Positions 18,706-28,631 of a stretch of DNA of 64,000 nt are shown one piece after another. The translations under genes were made by a program, and so were the position numbers. How positions within the stretch are numbered: the first letter of the stretch is position 1; each line of letters begins with the position of its first letter. Under the pieces are notes generated by a model. The model was not told where the DNA came from. It searched no databases and worked only from the letters and a program-made list of their open reading frames with translations. Source of the stretch: an uncultured Ruminococcus sp. (GTDB taxonomy: Bacteria; Bacillota; Clostridia; Oscillospirales; CAG-272); NCBI GenBank assembly GCA_902778145.1, contig CACYWW010000003.1, positions 6,633 through 70,632 of the forward strand. The letters run 5' to 3'.

Positions 18706-18734
18706 TTGACATTTGGCTCCTCTTGTATTATAAT
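18706..18734 (+). promoter_or_regulatory. Sigma-A consensus promoter (TTGACA-N17-TATAAT) of the dppA-like operon
   Basis: gtTTGACAtttggctcctcttgtatTATAATat, 29 nt before the ATG at 18763. Confidence 0.7.
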
Positions 18735-18762
18735 ATAGAAAATACGGTATAAGGAGATTAAG

Positions 18763-19563
18763 ATGAAGCTTTTCATATCGGCCGATATAGAGGGTACGGC
18801 GGGGATAACCTGCTGGGACGAAACGGAGTACGGCCATCCGAGATACGCATATTTCGCCGAACAGATGACGCGCGAGGTATCCGCGGCGTGTGCCGCGGCG
18901 GATCGCGCCGGATACGATATTCTGGTCAAGGACGCGCACGACAGCGCGAGGAACATCCTGCCCGATAAGCTGCATCCGTCCGCGACTCTCCTCCGCGGCT
19001 GGGCGAGAGATATAAACTGCATGATGTCCGGTATCGACAGCGACAAATTCGACGCCGTCGCCTTCACGGGGTATCATTCCGCAGCGATGAGCGAGGGCAA
19101 CTCCCTCTCTCACACGATGACGACGGCGGCTCACAGCGTGAAGATAAACGGCAAATACGCGTCCGAATTCGTGATCAACGCGTATACCGCCGCCATGTAC
19201 GGAGTACCGGTCGTATTTCTCTCCGGAGACGAGGCTCTCTGTGAATCCGCAAAGGAGCTGATACCCGGGATAACCACCGTCGCTACGAAACGCGGCGTCG
19301 GCTCAGCCTGTATGTCGGCTCACCCCGACAAGGTCTGCAAAATGATCTCCGAGGGCATGGACAAGGCGCTTTCGGGAGATTACAAAAAGAGATGCAAACT
19401 CACCCTTCCGCAGTCTTTTTCCGTCGAGATCTGCTATCGCGACATAAACGACGCGACGCGTTACGCCTGCTACCCCGGTGTCGTCCGTCTCGACGGCAAG
19501 ACGCTTCTGTTCGAGAACGACTCATACAAGGAAGTCCTTCGTATGATCCATTTCATTCTGTGA
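18763..19563 (+). CDS. D-aminopeptidase DppA-like (peptidase M55)
   Basis: 266 aa. The N-terminal MKLFISADIEGTAGI signature is typical of the M55/DppA family. Confidence 0.8.
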   Translation: MKLFISADIEGTAGITCWDETEYGHPRYAYFAEQMTREVSAACAAADRAGYDILVKDAHDSARNILPDKLHPSATLLRGWARDINCMMSGIDSDKFDAVAFTGYHSAAMSEGNSLSHTMTTAAHSVKINGKYASEFVINAYTAAMYGVPVVFLSGDEALCESAKELIPGITTVATKRGVGSACMSAHPDKVCKMISEGMDKALSGDYKKRCKLTLPQSFSVEICYRDINDATRYACYPGVVRLDGKTLLFENDSYKEVLRMIHFIL

Positions 19564-19572
19564 GGTGCAATT

Positions 19573-21114
19573 ATGGAACTCTTTACAAGATCGAGCGCTC
19601 ATGACGTGTTCAGAAACACAAGAAAAAGAAGGTGCGACGACGCGCGTCTTACGCTTTACGGCGCGAAAAACGCCGTCTGCTCCGGGCAGATCGTCCTGCG
19701 CGAGCACGGAGAATTCGATATAACCGGCATTGAATTCAGCGGCTTCTCCGCCCCGTTCATCGTATCGGAGAACGACGTCGGATATTATTTCCAGGACTAT
19801 ATAAAGTACAATGACGGAGAGTATCCGGATCCGCTGTCAGACGCCGTGTCCGTTCACGTTCCCGCGGAAAGCTCGCAGAGCGTATGGATAACCGTGAACG
19901 TTAAGCCGGAGGCTCTGTCCGGGCTGTGCACGTTCACCGTAACGGTCAAAACGAGCGTCAGCGACTTCACGGTCCCCGCTTCGGTACGCGTTTTCGGAGT
20001 CACCGTGCCCGACGCCGACAAGTCTGAATTCTCACTTGAGTATTTTCTCGATCCGTTTACCTCGCTCGCCGGGGAAAGATGGGGAGACGACCGCGAAAAA
20101 TTCCTGTCGTCATACTGTGAGTCGCTTGCGATGATCCGCAACAACAGCCTCGACGTTCAGATAATACCGCTCCTCTGCGACGCGAAGAGTAAAAGAATCT
20201 CGGAAACGGAATGGGATCTCGACTTTTCATACGTCGGAAAATATGTTGATTTCATGACGGCGCGCGTACCGACGAAATATATCGCGATACGCTCGACCAT
20301 CGCGTCCGTCAACGGCGATACTCTGCCAGTCATCGGATACGACGGCAAGGTCACGTGGGAAAAATACGGCACTAAGGATACGAACGCCTGGTTTTACGCG
20401 TATATACACGGAATATACGAGTATTTCAGATCGAGGGGCATGGAAAAAATGCTCCTGATAAGACTTCAGGATGAGCCGCATTATACGGAATGCTGGAAAT
20501 GGGCGAGACAGATCTGCCGCGAGGCGGCGCCCGGCGTACATTGCGGCGAGCCGCTTGACGAGCATCCGTCCGGTCTCGGGCTGCAGGGGTACATAGATCA
20601 GTACATACCGCGCATCAACGTATATGAGGAAGGCGCGGACTACTATGACAGGATGAGGAAGCAGGGGTCGACGCTCTGGGTATATTCCTGCTGCTTCCCC
20701 GAGGAGCCGTGGTTCATCAATAAATTCATAGATCATCCGCACGTTCACAGCCGTCTGATGAGCTGGGGCTGCTACGCCCGCGGCATCACAGGCTTCCTGC
20801 ACTGGGGCTATAACTACTGGTCGGATACGAGCCTTTACGGAACCGCTCCGGGCGCCCGCTTCAAGGGCGACGGGTTTATAGTATACCCCGACAAGGAAAA
20901 TCTGCGCGTAAAGCCGTCGACGCGGCTTCTGGCGACGGCTGAGGGCATCGTCGACTACGAGCTTCTGAAGATCGTGGAAAAGAAAGACCCGGCAGCCGCC
21001 ATGGCGATATGCGAAAGCCTTGTCCGCCGCTTCAATGAGTATGACGACGACCCGGACGCCGTGGACGCGGCGCACGTCAGACTGCTTTCCGCCGCCGAGG
21101 AGGCTTCGTTATGA
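19573..21114 (+). CDS. DUF4091 / GH123-like domain protein
   Basis: 513 aa. The RLQDEPH and GFLHWGYNYW motifs recall DUF4091. No signal peptide. GAGGTG SD. Confidence 0.6.
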   Translation: MELFTRSSAHDVFRNTRKRRCDDARLTLYGAKNAVCSGQIVLREHGEFDITGIEFSGFSAPFIVSENDVGYYFQDYIKYNDGEYPDPLSDAVSVHVPAESSQSVWITVNVKPEALSGLCTFTVTVKTSVSDFTVPASVRVFGVTVPDADKSEFSLEYFLDPFTSLAGERWGDDREKFLSSYCESLAMIRNNSLDVQIIPLLCDAKSKRISETEWDLDFSYVGKYVDFMTARVPTKYIAIRSTIASVNGDTLPVIGYDGKVTWEKYGTKDTNAWFYAYIHGIYEYFRSRGMEKMLLIRLQDEPHYTECWKWARQICREAAPGVHCGEPLDEHPSGLGLQGYIDQYIPRINVYEEGADYYDRMRKQGSTLWVYSCCFPEEPWFINKFIDHPHVHSRLMSWGCYARGITGFLHWGYNYWSDTSLYGTAPGARFKGDGFIVYPDKENLRVKPSTRLLATAEGIVDYELLKIVEKKDPAAAMAICESLVRRFNEYDDDPDAVDAAHVRLLSAAEEASL

Positions 21115-21629
21115 GCCGCAGCGGCAGGATAACGTACGTTGTTATTTCGCTTCTGCTCGTCGCGCTGACGGCTCTGCTCTTCGGCCGCGGCGCGGTCGGG
21201 CTCGCGGTGTCGGTCGCGCTGTGCTCGGCGTTCGCACTGACGCTCAACCTGTGCGGATATACTGTCTACGCCTTCACTTTCGCCTGTGCGGCGTTCGCCT
21301 TCTCGGGTATTTCCGGCGAGCGCGAGCCTTCCGTGATGATAATCGTCCTCGTGTCGCTTGCGCTGTCGTTCACAGCCGTATGGCTCACGACGAAATACGA
21401 ATACGGACTTCTCATATCCGACAGTCTCGGAGTCCTGCTCGGATATATCCCCGTATATCTCGGAATAAGGTACATCGCCGTACATTTTATTGAGACGGAA
21501 AAATTTGAGGCAATACTCGGACTCGCTCACTACCCCGCTATGATCGGTGCCGTTATCGGCGGCGTTCTCGCGTTCTTCGCGGTTCCCGCCGTGCGCGTGA
21601 TCAAAAGATACCGTGAGGAGGAGAATTAA
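21111..21629 (+). CDS. Hypothetical polytopic membrane protein
   Basis: 172 aa with about 5 hydrophobic segments. ATGA overlap with the upstream gene and a GAGGAGG SD. Confidence 0.55.
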   Translation: MSRSGRITYVVISLLLVALTALLFGRGAVGLAVSVALCSAFALTLNLCGYTVYAFTFACAAFAFSGISGEREPSVMIIVLVSLALSFTAVWLTTKYEYGLLISDSLGVLLGYIPVYLGIRYIAVHFIETEKFEAILGLAHYPAMIGAVIGGVLAFFAVPAVRVIKRYREEEN

Positions 21630-21707
21630 CAAAATCCCTCTATATATATTTATAAAAAAGGGGTAAAATTGATTTTATAGTTTTCATAAAGAGGTACAAC
21701 CGCAAAA

Positions 21708-24044
21708 ATGTCATCAAAAGATAAGTACTTACAGCCGCTGCCCGGCACGCTCCTTCCGTGCATACCGGTCAGAGGATCTGTCTCGTTCCCGGGTATAACC
21801 GTAAATCTCGAGCTCACCCGGGATATATGCAAAAACGCGTTCGATCTCGCAAACGGCTCGGACGGGCTCGTTTTTCTCGTTTACCAGAACGACGTCTCGC
21901 CGGACAAACCCGGTGAGGAAGATCTTTTCCACATCGGAACGGTAGCGAAGATAAAACAGTCAGTCAAGGGAGCGGACGGCACGGTCAGAGCCCTGTTCGA
22001 GGGCGGATACCGCGCGGTCACCGGTCAGTTCATATTCGCGCGTCAGATGATACGCGCACAGCTCATAGCTCGCGAGCTCATGCCGGACGGAGCTGTCAGC
22101 AAGAACGACGAGGCGCTCCGCCGTGCGCTTATCGACGCCGCCGGTGAGACGGCTCAGTTCAACGCAAAGCTTTCAAATCAGATTACAATGATCATGTCGT
22201 CCGTCACCTCGCTCCCGCAGCTATGCGACTTCATAGCGGCGAACATTCTCGCCACGTCAAAGGACAAGCAGCTTGTCCTGAGCGAATTCGATCCCGTCAG
22301 CCGCGCCAAGCTTCTGATCGGTCTGCTCGACACGGAGCGCGATATCCTCGAAACGGAGATGAAGATCCGCGCGAAGGTGAAGGAGCAGATGGACAAGAAC
22401 CAGCGCGATTACTATCTGCGCGAGCAGATGAAGGCGATCGAGGAGGAGCTTGACGAGGAGGACGAGGAGATCGCGGAATACACCGAGATGCTCGAGAAGT
22501 CCAATCTCGAGGGCGACAACCGCGAGAAGATAAAGAAAGAGATCAAAAAGCTTTCAAAATCACCGTACACGTCCGCGGAAAGCTCGGTCCTGCGCAACTA
22601 TCTCGACACGGTCTTCGACATTCCGTGGGGAGTTTATACGAAGGACAGGGTCGATATCGAGTACGCGAGAAAGATCCTCGACCGGGATCACAGCGGTATG
22701 GAAAAGGTAAAGGCGAGGATACTTGAATTCCTTGCGATAAAGCAGCTCAATCCGAACGCGAAGAGCCCGATCCTCTGCTTCGTCGGACCTCCCGGGGTCG
22801 GAAAGACGTCTATCGCATCGTCCGTCGCCGAGGCGACCGGGCGCAGCTTCGTCCGCGCGTCGCTCGGCGGCATACGCGACGAGGCTGACATAAGAGGTCA
22901 CAGAAAGACGTACATAGGCGCCATGCCCGGCAGGATAATCAACGCGCTGATCTCCGCAAAGTCGATGAATCCGCTCATCCTGCTCGACGAGATAGACAAG
23001 ATGGCGTCGGATATGCACGGAGACCCGGCGTCCGCCATGCTTGAGGTGCTCGACGGTGAGCAGAACAACACCTTCCGCGATCATTTCATCGAAATGCCCG
23101 TGGATCTTTCGCAGTGCCTTTTCATCTGCACCGCCAACACGCTCGACACAGTCCCGCGTCCTCTGATAGACAGGATGGACGTTATAGAGCTTGACACGTA
23201 TACGAGAAACGAAAAATTCACCATAGCGAAAAAGCACCTGATCCCGAAGCAGCGCAAGCGCCACGGGCTCAAGGCTTCGCAGTTCGCGCTGTCGGATGAG
23301 GCTCTGTATGAGCTGATCGACAACTATACGCGCGAGGCGGGTGTCCGCAATCTCGAAAGGCTGATCGGCGCGCTGATGCGCCGCGCGGCGGTGGATCTCG
23401 CGGGAGGGACAAAAAAGGTCACCGTCAAGCCCGATATGCTGGAGAAATATCTCTCCGAACACAAGCTCCCGCCCGAGAAGATAGACGACCGGGACGAGAT
23501 AGGCTGTGTGAACGGTCTGGCCTACACATCGGTCGGCGGCGACCTTCTCAAGGTCGAGGCGGCTGTGACGGAGGGCACCGGAAAGCTTGAGCTGACCGGT
23601 TCTCTCGGTGACGTCATGAAGGAATCCGCCCACGCGGCGATAACGTATATCCGCACCGTCGCCGACAAGCTCAAAATATCCAATGACTTTTACAAAACGA
23701 AGGACATACACGTACATGTTCCCGAAGGCGCGACACCGAAGGACGGGCCGAGCGCAGGCGTCACGATGATGACGGCGGTGGCGTCCGCGCTGTCCGGTCA
23801 CCCCGTGCGCCGCGACACCGCGATGACGGGCGAGATCACGCTCCGCGGCAGGGTCCTGCCGATCGGCGGACTCAAGGAAAAGACGATGGCGGCGTACACC
23901 GCCGGTGTAAAGCGCGTGCTGATACCGTACGACAACATATCCGATCTGCGCGATATCGATCCGCTCGTCCGTGACTCTCTTGAATTCATACCGTGCAAAA
24001 CGGCTGACGACGTATTCGGCAACGCGTTCGTACAGAACAGCTGA
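21708..24044 (+). CDS. lon: ATP-dependent Lon protease
   Basis: 778 aa. Walker A GPPGVGKTS and protease serine motif KDGPSAGVTM. Confidence 0.96.
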   Translation: MSSKDKYLQPLPGTLLPCIPVRGSVSFPGITVNLELTRDICKNAFDLANGSDGLVFLVYQNDVSPDKPGEEDLFHIGTVAKIKQSVKGADGTVRALFEGGYRAVTGQFIFARQMIRAQLIARELMPDGAVSKNDEALRRALIDAAGETAQFNAKLSNQITMIMSSVTSLPQLCDFIAANILATSKDKQLVLSEFDPVSRAKLLIGLLDTERDILETEMKIRAKVKEQMDKNQRDYYLREQMKAIEEELDEEDEEIAEYTEMLEKSNLEGDNREKIKKEIKKLSKSPYTSAESSVLRNYLDTVFDIPWGVYTKDRVDIEYARKILDRDHSGMEKVKARILEFLAIKQLNPNAKSPILCFVGPPGVGKTSIASSVAEATGRSFVRASLGGIRDEADIRGHRKTYIGAMPGRIINALISAKSMNPLILLDEIDKMASDMHGDPASAMLEVLDGEQNNTFRDHFIEMPVDLSQCLFICTANTLDTVPRPLIDRMDVIELDTYTRNEKFTIAKKHLIPKQRKRHGLKASQFALSDEALYELIDNYTREAGVRNLERLIGALMRRAAVDLAGGTKKVTVKPDMLEKYLSEHKLPPEKIDDRDEIGCVNGLAYTSVGGDLLKVEAAVTEGTGKLELTGSLGDVMKESAHAAITYIRTVADKLKISNDFYKTKDIHVHVPEGATPKDGPSAGVTMMTAVASALSGHPVRRDTAMTGEITLRGRVLPIGGLKEKTMAAYTAGVKRVLIPYDNISDLRDIDPLVRDSLEFIPCKTADDVFGNAFVQNS

Positions 24045-24045
24045 C

Positions 24046-24630
24046 ATGCTCGATCTTAATAAAACGACACTTCTGATCTCGGCGGGACGCCCGGATCAGT
24101 TTCCGTCGGGCGGAGTGCCGCAGATAGTGTTCTCCGGGCGCTCAAACGTCGGAAAAAGCTCGCTTATAAACACGCTGCTGAACAGAAAATCGCTCGCGCG
24201 TGTGAGCGGCTCGCCCGGCAAGACCGTGACGGTCAATTTCTACGGGATCGACGGAAAGCTTATATTCGCGGATCTTCCGGGCTACGGCTTTGCGAAGCGC
24301 TCATACGAGCGCAAGGAAGGGTTCTCGACGCTGACAGACTCATATCTCACGAAATGCCGGGATATCGCTCTCGTATTGCAGCTGATCGACGTAAAGGTCG
24401 GCGTGACGGAAGACGACAGGATGATGCTCGCGTGGCTTTCGCATTCCGGCATCCCGTTCTGCGTCGTCGCGACGAAAGCCGACAAGCTCAACAAGACGGA
24501 GCTGACGAACAGCGTGGCGCGGCTCTGCTCCGACCCCGATATCGGCGCCGCGCCGGTGATCCCCTTTTCGTCTCTGAAAGGCACCGGCAAGGACGACGTA
24601 TGGCACCAGATCAATAAATTCATACAGTAG
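24046..24630 (+). CDS. engB: Ribosome biogenesis GTPase EngB/YsxC
   Basis: The start was moved to the ATG at 24046 (MLDLNKTTLL...), 1 nt after the lon stop. G1 motif GRSNVGKSSLIN. Classic lon-ysxC pairing. Confidence 0.92.
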   Translation: MLDLNKTTLLISAGRPDQFPSGGVPQIVFSGRSNVGKSSLINTLLNRKSLARVSGSPGKTVTVNFYGIDGKLIFADLPGYGFAKRSYERKEGFSTLTDSYLTKCRDIALVLQLIDVKVGVTEDDRMMLAWLSHSGIPFCVVATKADKLNKTELTNSVARLCSDPDIGAAPVIPFSSLKGTGKDDVWHQINKFIQ

Positions 24631-24658
24631 CCGGCAACGGTAAAAAGAGGAAAACCAA

Positions 24659-25954
24659 ATGCTGCACGACAATTACGGAATAAACGAAAAAGGTCATCTG
24701 ACCGTGGGCGGCGCCGACGCGGTGAGTCTTGCCGAAAAATACGGAACGCCGCTCTACATACTCGACACGGACGAAATCAGGGCAAAGTGCCGCGAGTACA
24801 AAAACGCGATGCGTGAATATCTGCCGGAGGGCTCCATGCCGTTTTTCGCGAGCAAAGCCCTGTCGTTCGTCGGCATTTACAGGCTTATAAACGAGGAAGG
24901 GCTCGGATCCGACATCGTTTCCTCGGGCGAGATGTATACCGCGATGAAAGCCGGCTTCCCGATGGAAAAAACGTGTTTTCACGGCAATAATAAAACGGAT
25001 GAGGATATAGAAAACGGGCTGTCCGCGGGCGTAGGATACTTCGTCGTCGACAACACTGAGGAGCTTCAGGCACTTGGCGAGGCGGCGTGCCGCCGCGGCG
25101 TCGTGCAGGATATACTTCTGCGTATCACGCCCGGGATAGATCCGCACACCTTTGCCGCCGTCAACACCGGAAGAGTCGACAGCAAATTCGGCTCTCCGAT
25201 CGCGACCGGTGCCGCGGAAAGTATCGTCGCCCGCGCGCTGTCGACCGAAGGAGTCAGGCTTTGCGGTTATCACTGCCATATCGGTTCGCAGATATTCGAA
25301 GCCGACCCGTTTTTACGCGCCGTCGGCATTATGGTCGACTTTGCCGCGGATATAAGAAACAAGTACGGCTTCTCCCCCGCGATCCTCAATCTCGGAGGCG
25401 GTTTCGGCGTCAGGTATTACGACGGTCAGGATGAGCCGGATATAACCGGAATGATAAAGCTGACAGGTGAAAGGCTCGGCGAAAAATGCGCCGAAAGGGA
25501 TATCCCGGCGCCGGTCGTTTTCATGGAGCCGGGGCGCAGTATCGTCGGCGCAGCGGGCGTCACGGTCTATACCGTCGGTTCGGTAAAGGAGATACCCGGG
25601 TTCCGCTCCTACGTTTCGATCGACGGCGGCATGCCGGACGATCCGAGATACGCGCTTTACGCCTCCCGCTACACAGCGCTGATCGCGAACAAGGCTGACG
25701 AGCCGTGTACGGAGGAATACACCGTGGCGGGCCGCTGCTGTGAATCCGGCGACCTCATAGGCGAAGGCATGCGCATGCAGAAGGCGGAGCGCGGTGATAA
25801 ATTAGCCGTTCTTGTAACAGGCGCCTACAATTATTCCATGGCGTCGAATTACAACAGGATCCCGCGTCCCCCGATCGTCACGGTCTCGGACGGCAAGGAC
25901 GCTCTCGCCGTTAAGCGCGAAAGCTATGAAGATCTTATACGGAATGAATTTTAA
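24659..25954 (+). CDS. lysA: Diaminopimelate decarboxylase LysA
   Basis: 431 aa. Motifs HCHIGSQI, GGGFGVRY, EPGRSIVG and CESGD. Confidence 0.94.
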   Translation: MLHDNYGINEKGHLTVGGADAVSLAEKYGTPLYILDTDEIRAKCREYKNAMREYLPEGSMPFFASKALSFVGIYRLINEEGLGSDIVSSGEMYTAMKAGFPMEKTCFHGNNKTDEDIENGLSAGVGYFVVDNTEELQALGEAACRRGVVQDILLRITPGIDPHTFAAVNTGRVDSKFGSPIATGAAESIVARALSTEGVRLCGYHCHIGSQIFEADPFLRAVGIMVDFAADIRNKYGFSPAILNLGGGFGVRYYDGQDEPDITGMIKLTGERLGEKCAERDIPAPVVFMEPGRSIVGAAGVTVYTVGSVKEIPGFRSYVSIDGGMPDDPRYALYASRYTALIANKADEPCTEEYTVAGRCCESGDLIGEGMRMQKAERGDKLAVLVTGAYNYSMASNYNRIPRPPIVTVSDGKDALAVKRESYEDLIRNEF

Positions 25955-25963
25955 GGTGACTAT

Positions 25964-26641
25964 ATGCTATTTAATTTGAGCAATTTTACAAATCCATACT
26001 ATATAGTGCAGCTTTTACTCAGCATACCGATAGTTTTGTTTTCTCTCTCATTTCACGAGGCGTCTCACGCTTACGCCGCACATAAACTGGGAGACGATAC
26101 GGCGAAAAACCTTGGCAGACTAACGCTGAACCCCCTGAAACACTTGGATCCAATAGGCGCATTAGCGATGTTGTTTTTCGGTATAGGCTGGGCAAAACCT
26201 GTGCCTATTCTCACAAGAAATTTCGATCACCCAAAACGCGGTATGATAATTTCCGCAGCCGCGGGACCTTTATCGAATCTGATATTATCCGTCGTTGGTG
26301 TGTTGTTATACGTACCTTTTGCCTACTTTTTAGGCAGCAGCAATGCCTTTACATCTGCTGTCAGCACATTCTTATATCTGTTTCATTATATGAATCTTGC
26401 TCTCGCGGTCTTCAATCTTCTTCCGATACCGCCACTTGATGGGTCTCGCGTGCTCTTCGGCTTCCTCCCCGACAGACTTTACTTTGGCATTATGAAATAT
26501 GAGCGGTATATACAGATCGGTTTCATTGCGCTGATACTGATACTGCACAACTTCTTCAATTTCAGCATAGTCAGCTTTGTTTGTAAACCGATGTCAGACG
26601 GGATGATCTGGCTTATCAGATTAATACCGATTTTCAGATAA
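25964..26641 (+). CDS. Site-2 protease family (peptidase M50) membrane metalloprotease
   Basis: 225 aa. HEASHAYAAHKLGD contains the HExxH motif. Polytopic. Codon and GC composition is clearly AT-shifted relative to the flanking genes. Confidence 0.8.
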   Translation: MLFNLSNFTNPYYIVQLLLSIPIVLFSLSFHEASHAYAAHKLGDDTAKNLGRLTLNPLKHLDPIGALAMLFFGIGWAKPVPILTRNFDHPKRGMIISAAAGPLSNLILSVVGVLLYVPFAYFLGSSNAFTSAVSTFLYLFHYMNLALAVFNLLPIPPLDGSRVLFGFLPDRLYFGIMKYERYIQIGFIALILILHNFFNFSIVSFVCKPMSDGMIWLIRLIPIFR

Positions 26642-26642
26642 T

Positions 26643-27410
26643 ATGGAACCTACTTACAAGATCGAGATCTTTGAAGGTCCGCTCGACTTACTTCTGTCTC
26701 TGATATATAAAAATAAAGTCGACATCACCGACATACCGATAGCGCTCATCTTCGATCAGTATATGGAATATCTCGACCGGATGCGCGAAATGGACATGGA
26801 CATAGCCGGTGAATTCATAGTTATGGCGTCGGAGCTGATGCTCATCAAGAGCCGCATGCTGCTGCCGAAGCCCGAGGGCGAGGAAAACGCGGAGGATCCG
26901 AGAACGAAGCTCGCCAACGCCCTGATAGAGTACAAGCACGCCAAGGAAGTCGCGGAGGAGCTTGACGAAATGGTCAGGGTCTACAGCGGCAGGCTCGCGA
27001 AGGATACTGAGGAGATCCCCGCCGACGATTCCTTTATCGCGGAGCACAGCGTCGCGTTGCTTCAGCGAGCGATGACGCGTATGCTCCTCAACCGGAGCAA
27101 AGAGGAAATGCTCCGTCAGGAGGAGCAGATGGTCCGCCCTATCGTGCGGCGGAAGATCGTGCCGGTCGGTGTGAAGGTCATTTCAGTGCTCAAAACGGTG
27201 CTCCGCAAAAAGCGGGCGAAATTCGACGAGCTGTTCGATCACTGCACGTCGCGCTCGGAGCTCGTCGCCACGTTCATGGCGGTGCTCGAGCTTCTGAAGG
27301 TCAGCCGAATCAACGTATCGGAGCCGGACGATCACGACGATATCTACATAACAATAAACGAAAACTACGTTAAACCTGCCGAGGCAACGGAGGAAACAGA
27401 TGGAAACTAA
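26643..27410 (+). CDS. scpA: Segregation and condensation protein A
   Basis: 255 aa. FEGPLDLLLSLIYKNKVDITDIPIA signature. Confidence 0.92.
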   Translation: MEPTYKIEIFEGPLDLLLSLIYKNKVDITDIPIALIFDQYMEYLDRMREMDMDIAGEFIVMASELMLIKSRMLLPKPEGEENAEDPRTKLANALIEYKHAKEVAEELDEMVRVYSGRLAKDTEEIPADDSFIAEHSVALLQRAMTRMLLNRSKEEMLRQEEQMVRPIVRRKIVPVGVKVISVLKTVLRKKRAKFDELFDHCTSRSELVATFMAVLELLKVSRINVSEPDDHDDIYITINENYVKPAEATEETDGN

Positions 27411-27942
27411 AGAACTTGCCGCCGCGATAGAGGCGATACTTTTTGCGGCGGGATATCCGGTGGAGATAATAAAGCTGATGGAGACGCTCGGCTGCGACAA
27501 GGATCAGTTCGAGGACGCCATCGGCATCCTCAACGAAAAATACGGAGAGGACAGCGGCGTACGTCTGATCTTTCTCGACGGCAAATATCAGCTCTGCACG
27601 TCTGAAAAAAAGCTCGACTGCGTCCGTGAGGCGCTCGGGATACGGCGCGGAGGCAACCTCTCCCGCGCGTCGCTCGAGGTGCTCGCCGTGATCGCGTACA
27701 ATCAGCCAACGACGCGTTCCTTCATAGAACAGGTGCGCGGTGTCGACTGCACGTACACGGTCTCTTCCCTGCTCGAAAAGGGATTGATCGAGGTCTGCGG
27801 CAAGCTTGACTCGCCCGGCAGACCTTCACTGTACAAGACCTCGTCCGATTTTCTGCGTGTGTTCGGACTTTCTTCGGTCCACGATCTGCCTCCGTTCGAG
27901 GTATTCGACGAGAACGGACAGGTGACCGTCAAGCCGCTATGA
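27400..27942 (+). CDS. scpB: Segregation and condensation protein B
   Basis: 180 aa. Motifs AAIEAILFAAGYPV and SLEVLAVIAYNQP. 11-nt overlap with scpA. Confidence 0.92.
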   Translation: METKELAAAIEAILFAAGYPVEIIKLMETLGCDKDQFEDAIGILNEKYGEDSGVRLIFLDGKYQLCTSEKKLDCVREALGIRRGGNLSRASLEVLAVIAYNQPTTRSFIEQVRGVDCTYTVSSLLEKGLIEVCGKLDSPGRPSLYKTSSDFLRVFGLSSVHDLPPFEVFDENGQVTVKPL

Positions 27943-28631
27943 TCGCGCTTTACATCATCGGCGGCATACTGCTTCTGATCCTTATTCTGTGTCTCTTACC
28001 GGTCGGCATCAGGATAAAGTATTCGGATGATCTCAGCCTCTCGGTAACGGTGGGACCGGTCAGACGGCAGATAGTCCCGAAGAAAGAAAAAAAGATAAAG
28101 CTGTCCGATTACAGCGAGAAGGCGCTTGAGAAAAAGCGCCGGAAGCAGGCGAAAAAGGACGCGAAAAAGAAGAAAAAAAAGAACGCTCCCGCGCATGGAA
28201 AGCCGGAGGAAAAAAAGGATTCCGTGCTCGTCTCAAGGCTGAAGCATATCGACACGGCGCCGGATATGATAGCGCGGCTTTACGACATACTGGTGATCGT
28301 CGTCGACAAGTTCGCGAAAAGGCTCCGCATAAAGATCTTTGAGCTTGACGCGATCATAGGCTCCGACAACGCGGCGAAGACCGCGATACTGTACGGCGGA
28401 GCGTGTTCGCTTGCGGGCGTGATATCGTCGTTTCTCGCTCAGCACACGGAGCTCAGTCAGAAAAAGAAAAGCATAAACATAGCGCCGGATTTCTTATCGG
28501 AAAAGACGGCGGTATCCGCGGACATCTCGCTTTACGTTTTCGTCGGCGGAGTGTTCTCGTATATATTTGAAATAAGAAAAGTAATATTTGAAATACTTGA
28601 CCTTTTGCAGGAGGAAAAAACAGATGGCTGA
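27939..28631 (+). CDS. YtfI-like (DUF2953) sporulation-associated membrane protein
   Basis: 230 aa. N-terminal TM segment and a Lys-rich tract. Lies immediately upstream of ytfJ, as in Bacillus ytfI-ytfJ. Confidence 0.6.
   Translation: MIALYIIGGILLLILILCLLPVGIRIKYSDDLSLSVTVGPVRRQIVPKKEKKIKLSDYSEKALEKKRRKQAKKDAKKKKKKNAPAHGKPEEKKDSVLVSRLKHIDTAPDMIARLYDILVIVVDKFAKRLRIKIFELDAIIGSDNAAKTAILYGGACSLAGVISSFLAQHTELSQKKKSINIAPDFLSEKTAVSADISLYVFVGGVFSYIFEIRKVIFEILDLLQEEKTDG

Noticed and set aside
22560-24047. 495-aa minus-strand ORF opposite lon
   Set aside because: It is entirely antisense to the motif-rich lon gene. Its composition is Arg/Val/Leu-biased and no motifs are recognisable. Long antisense open frames are expected at this GC content.
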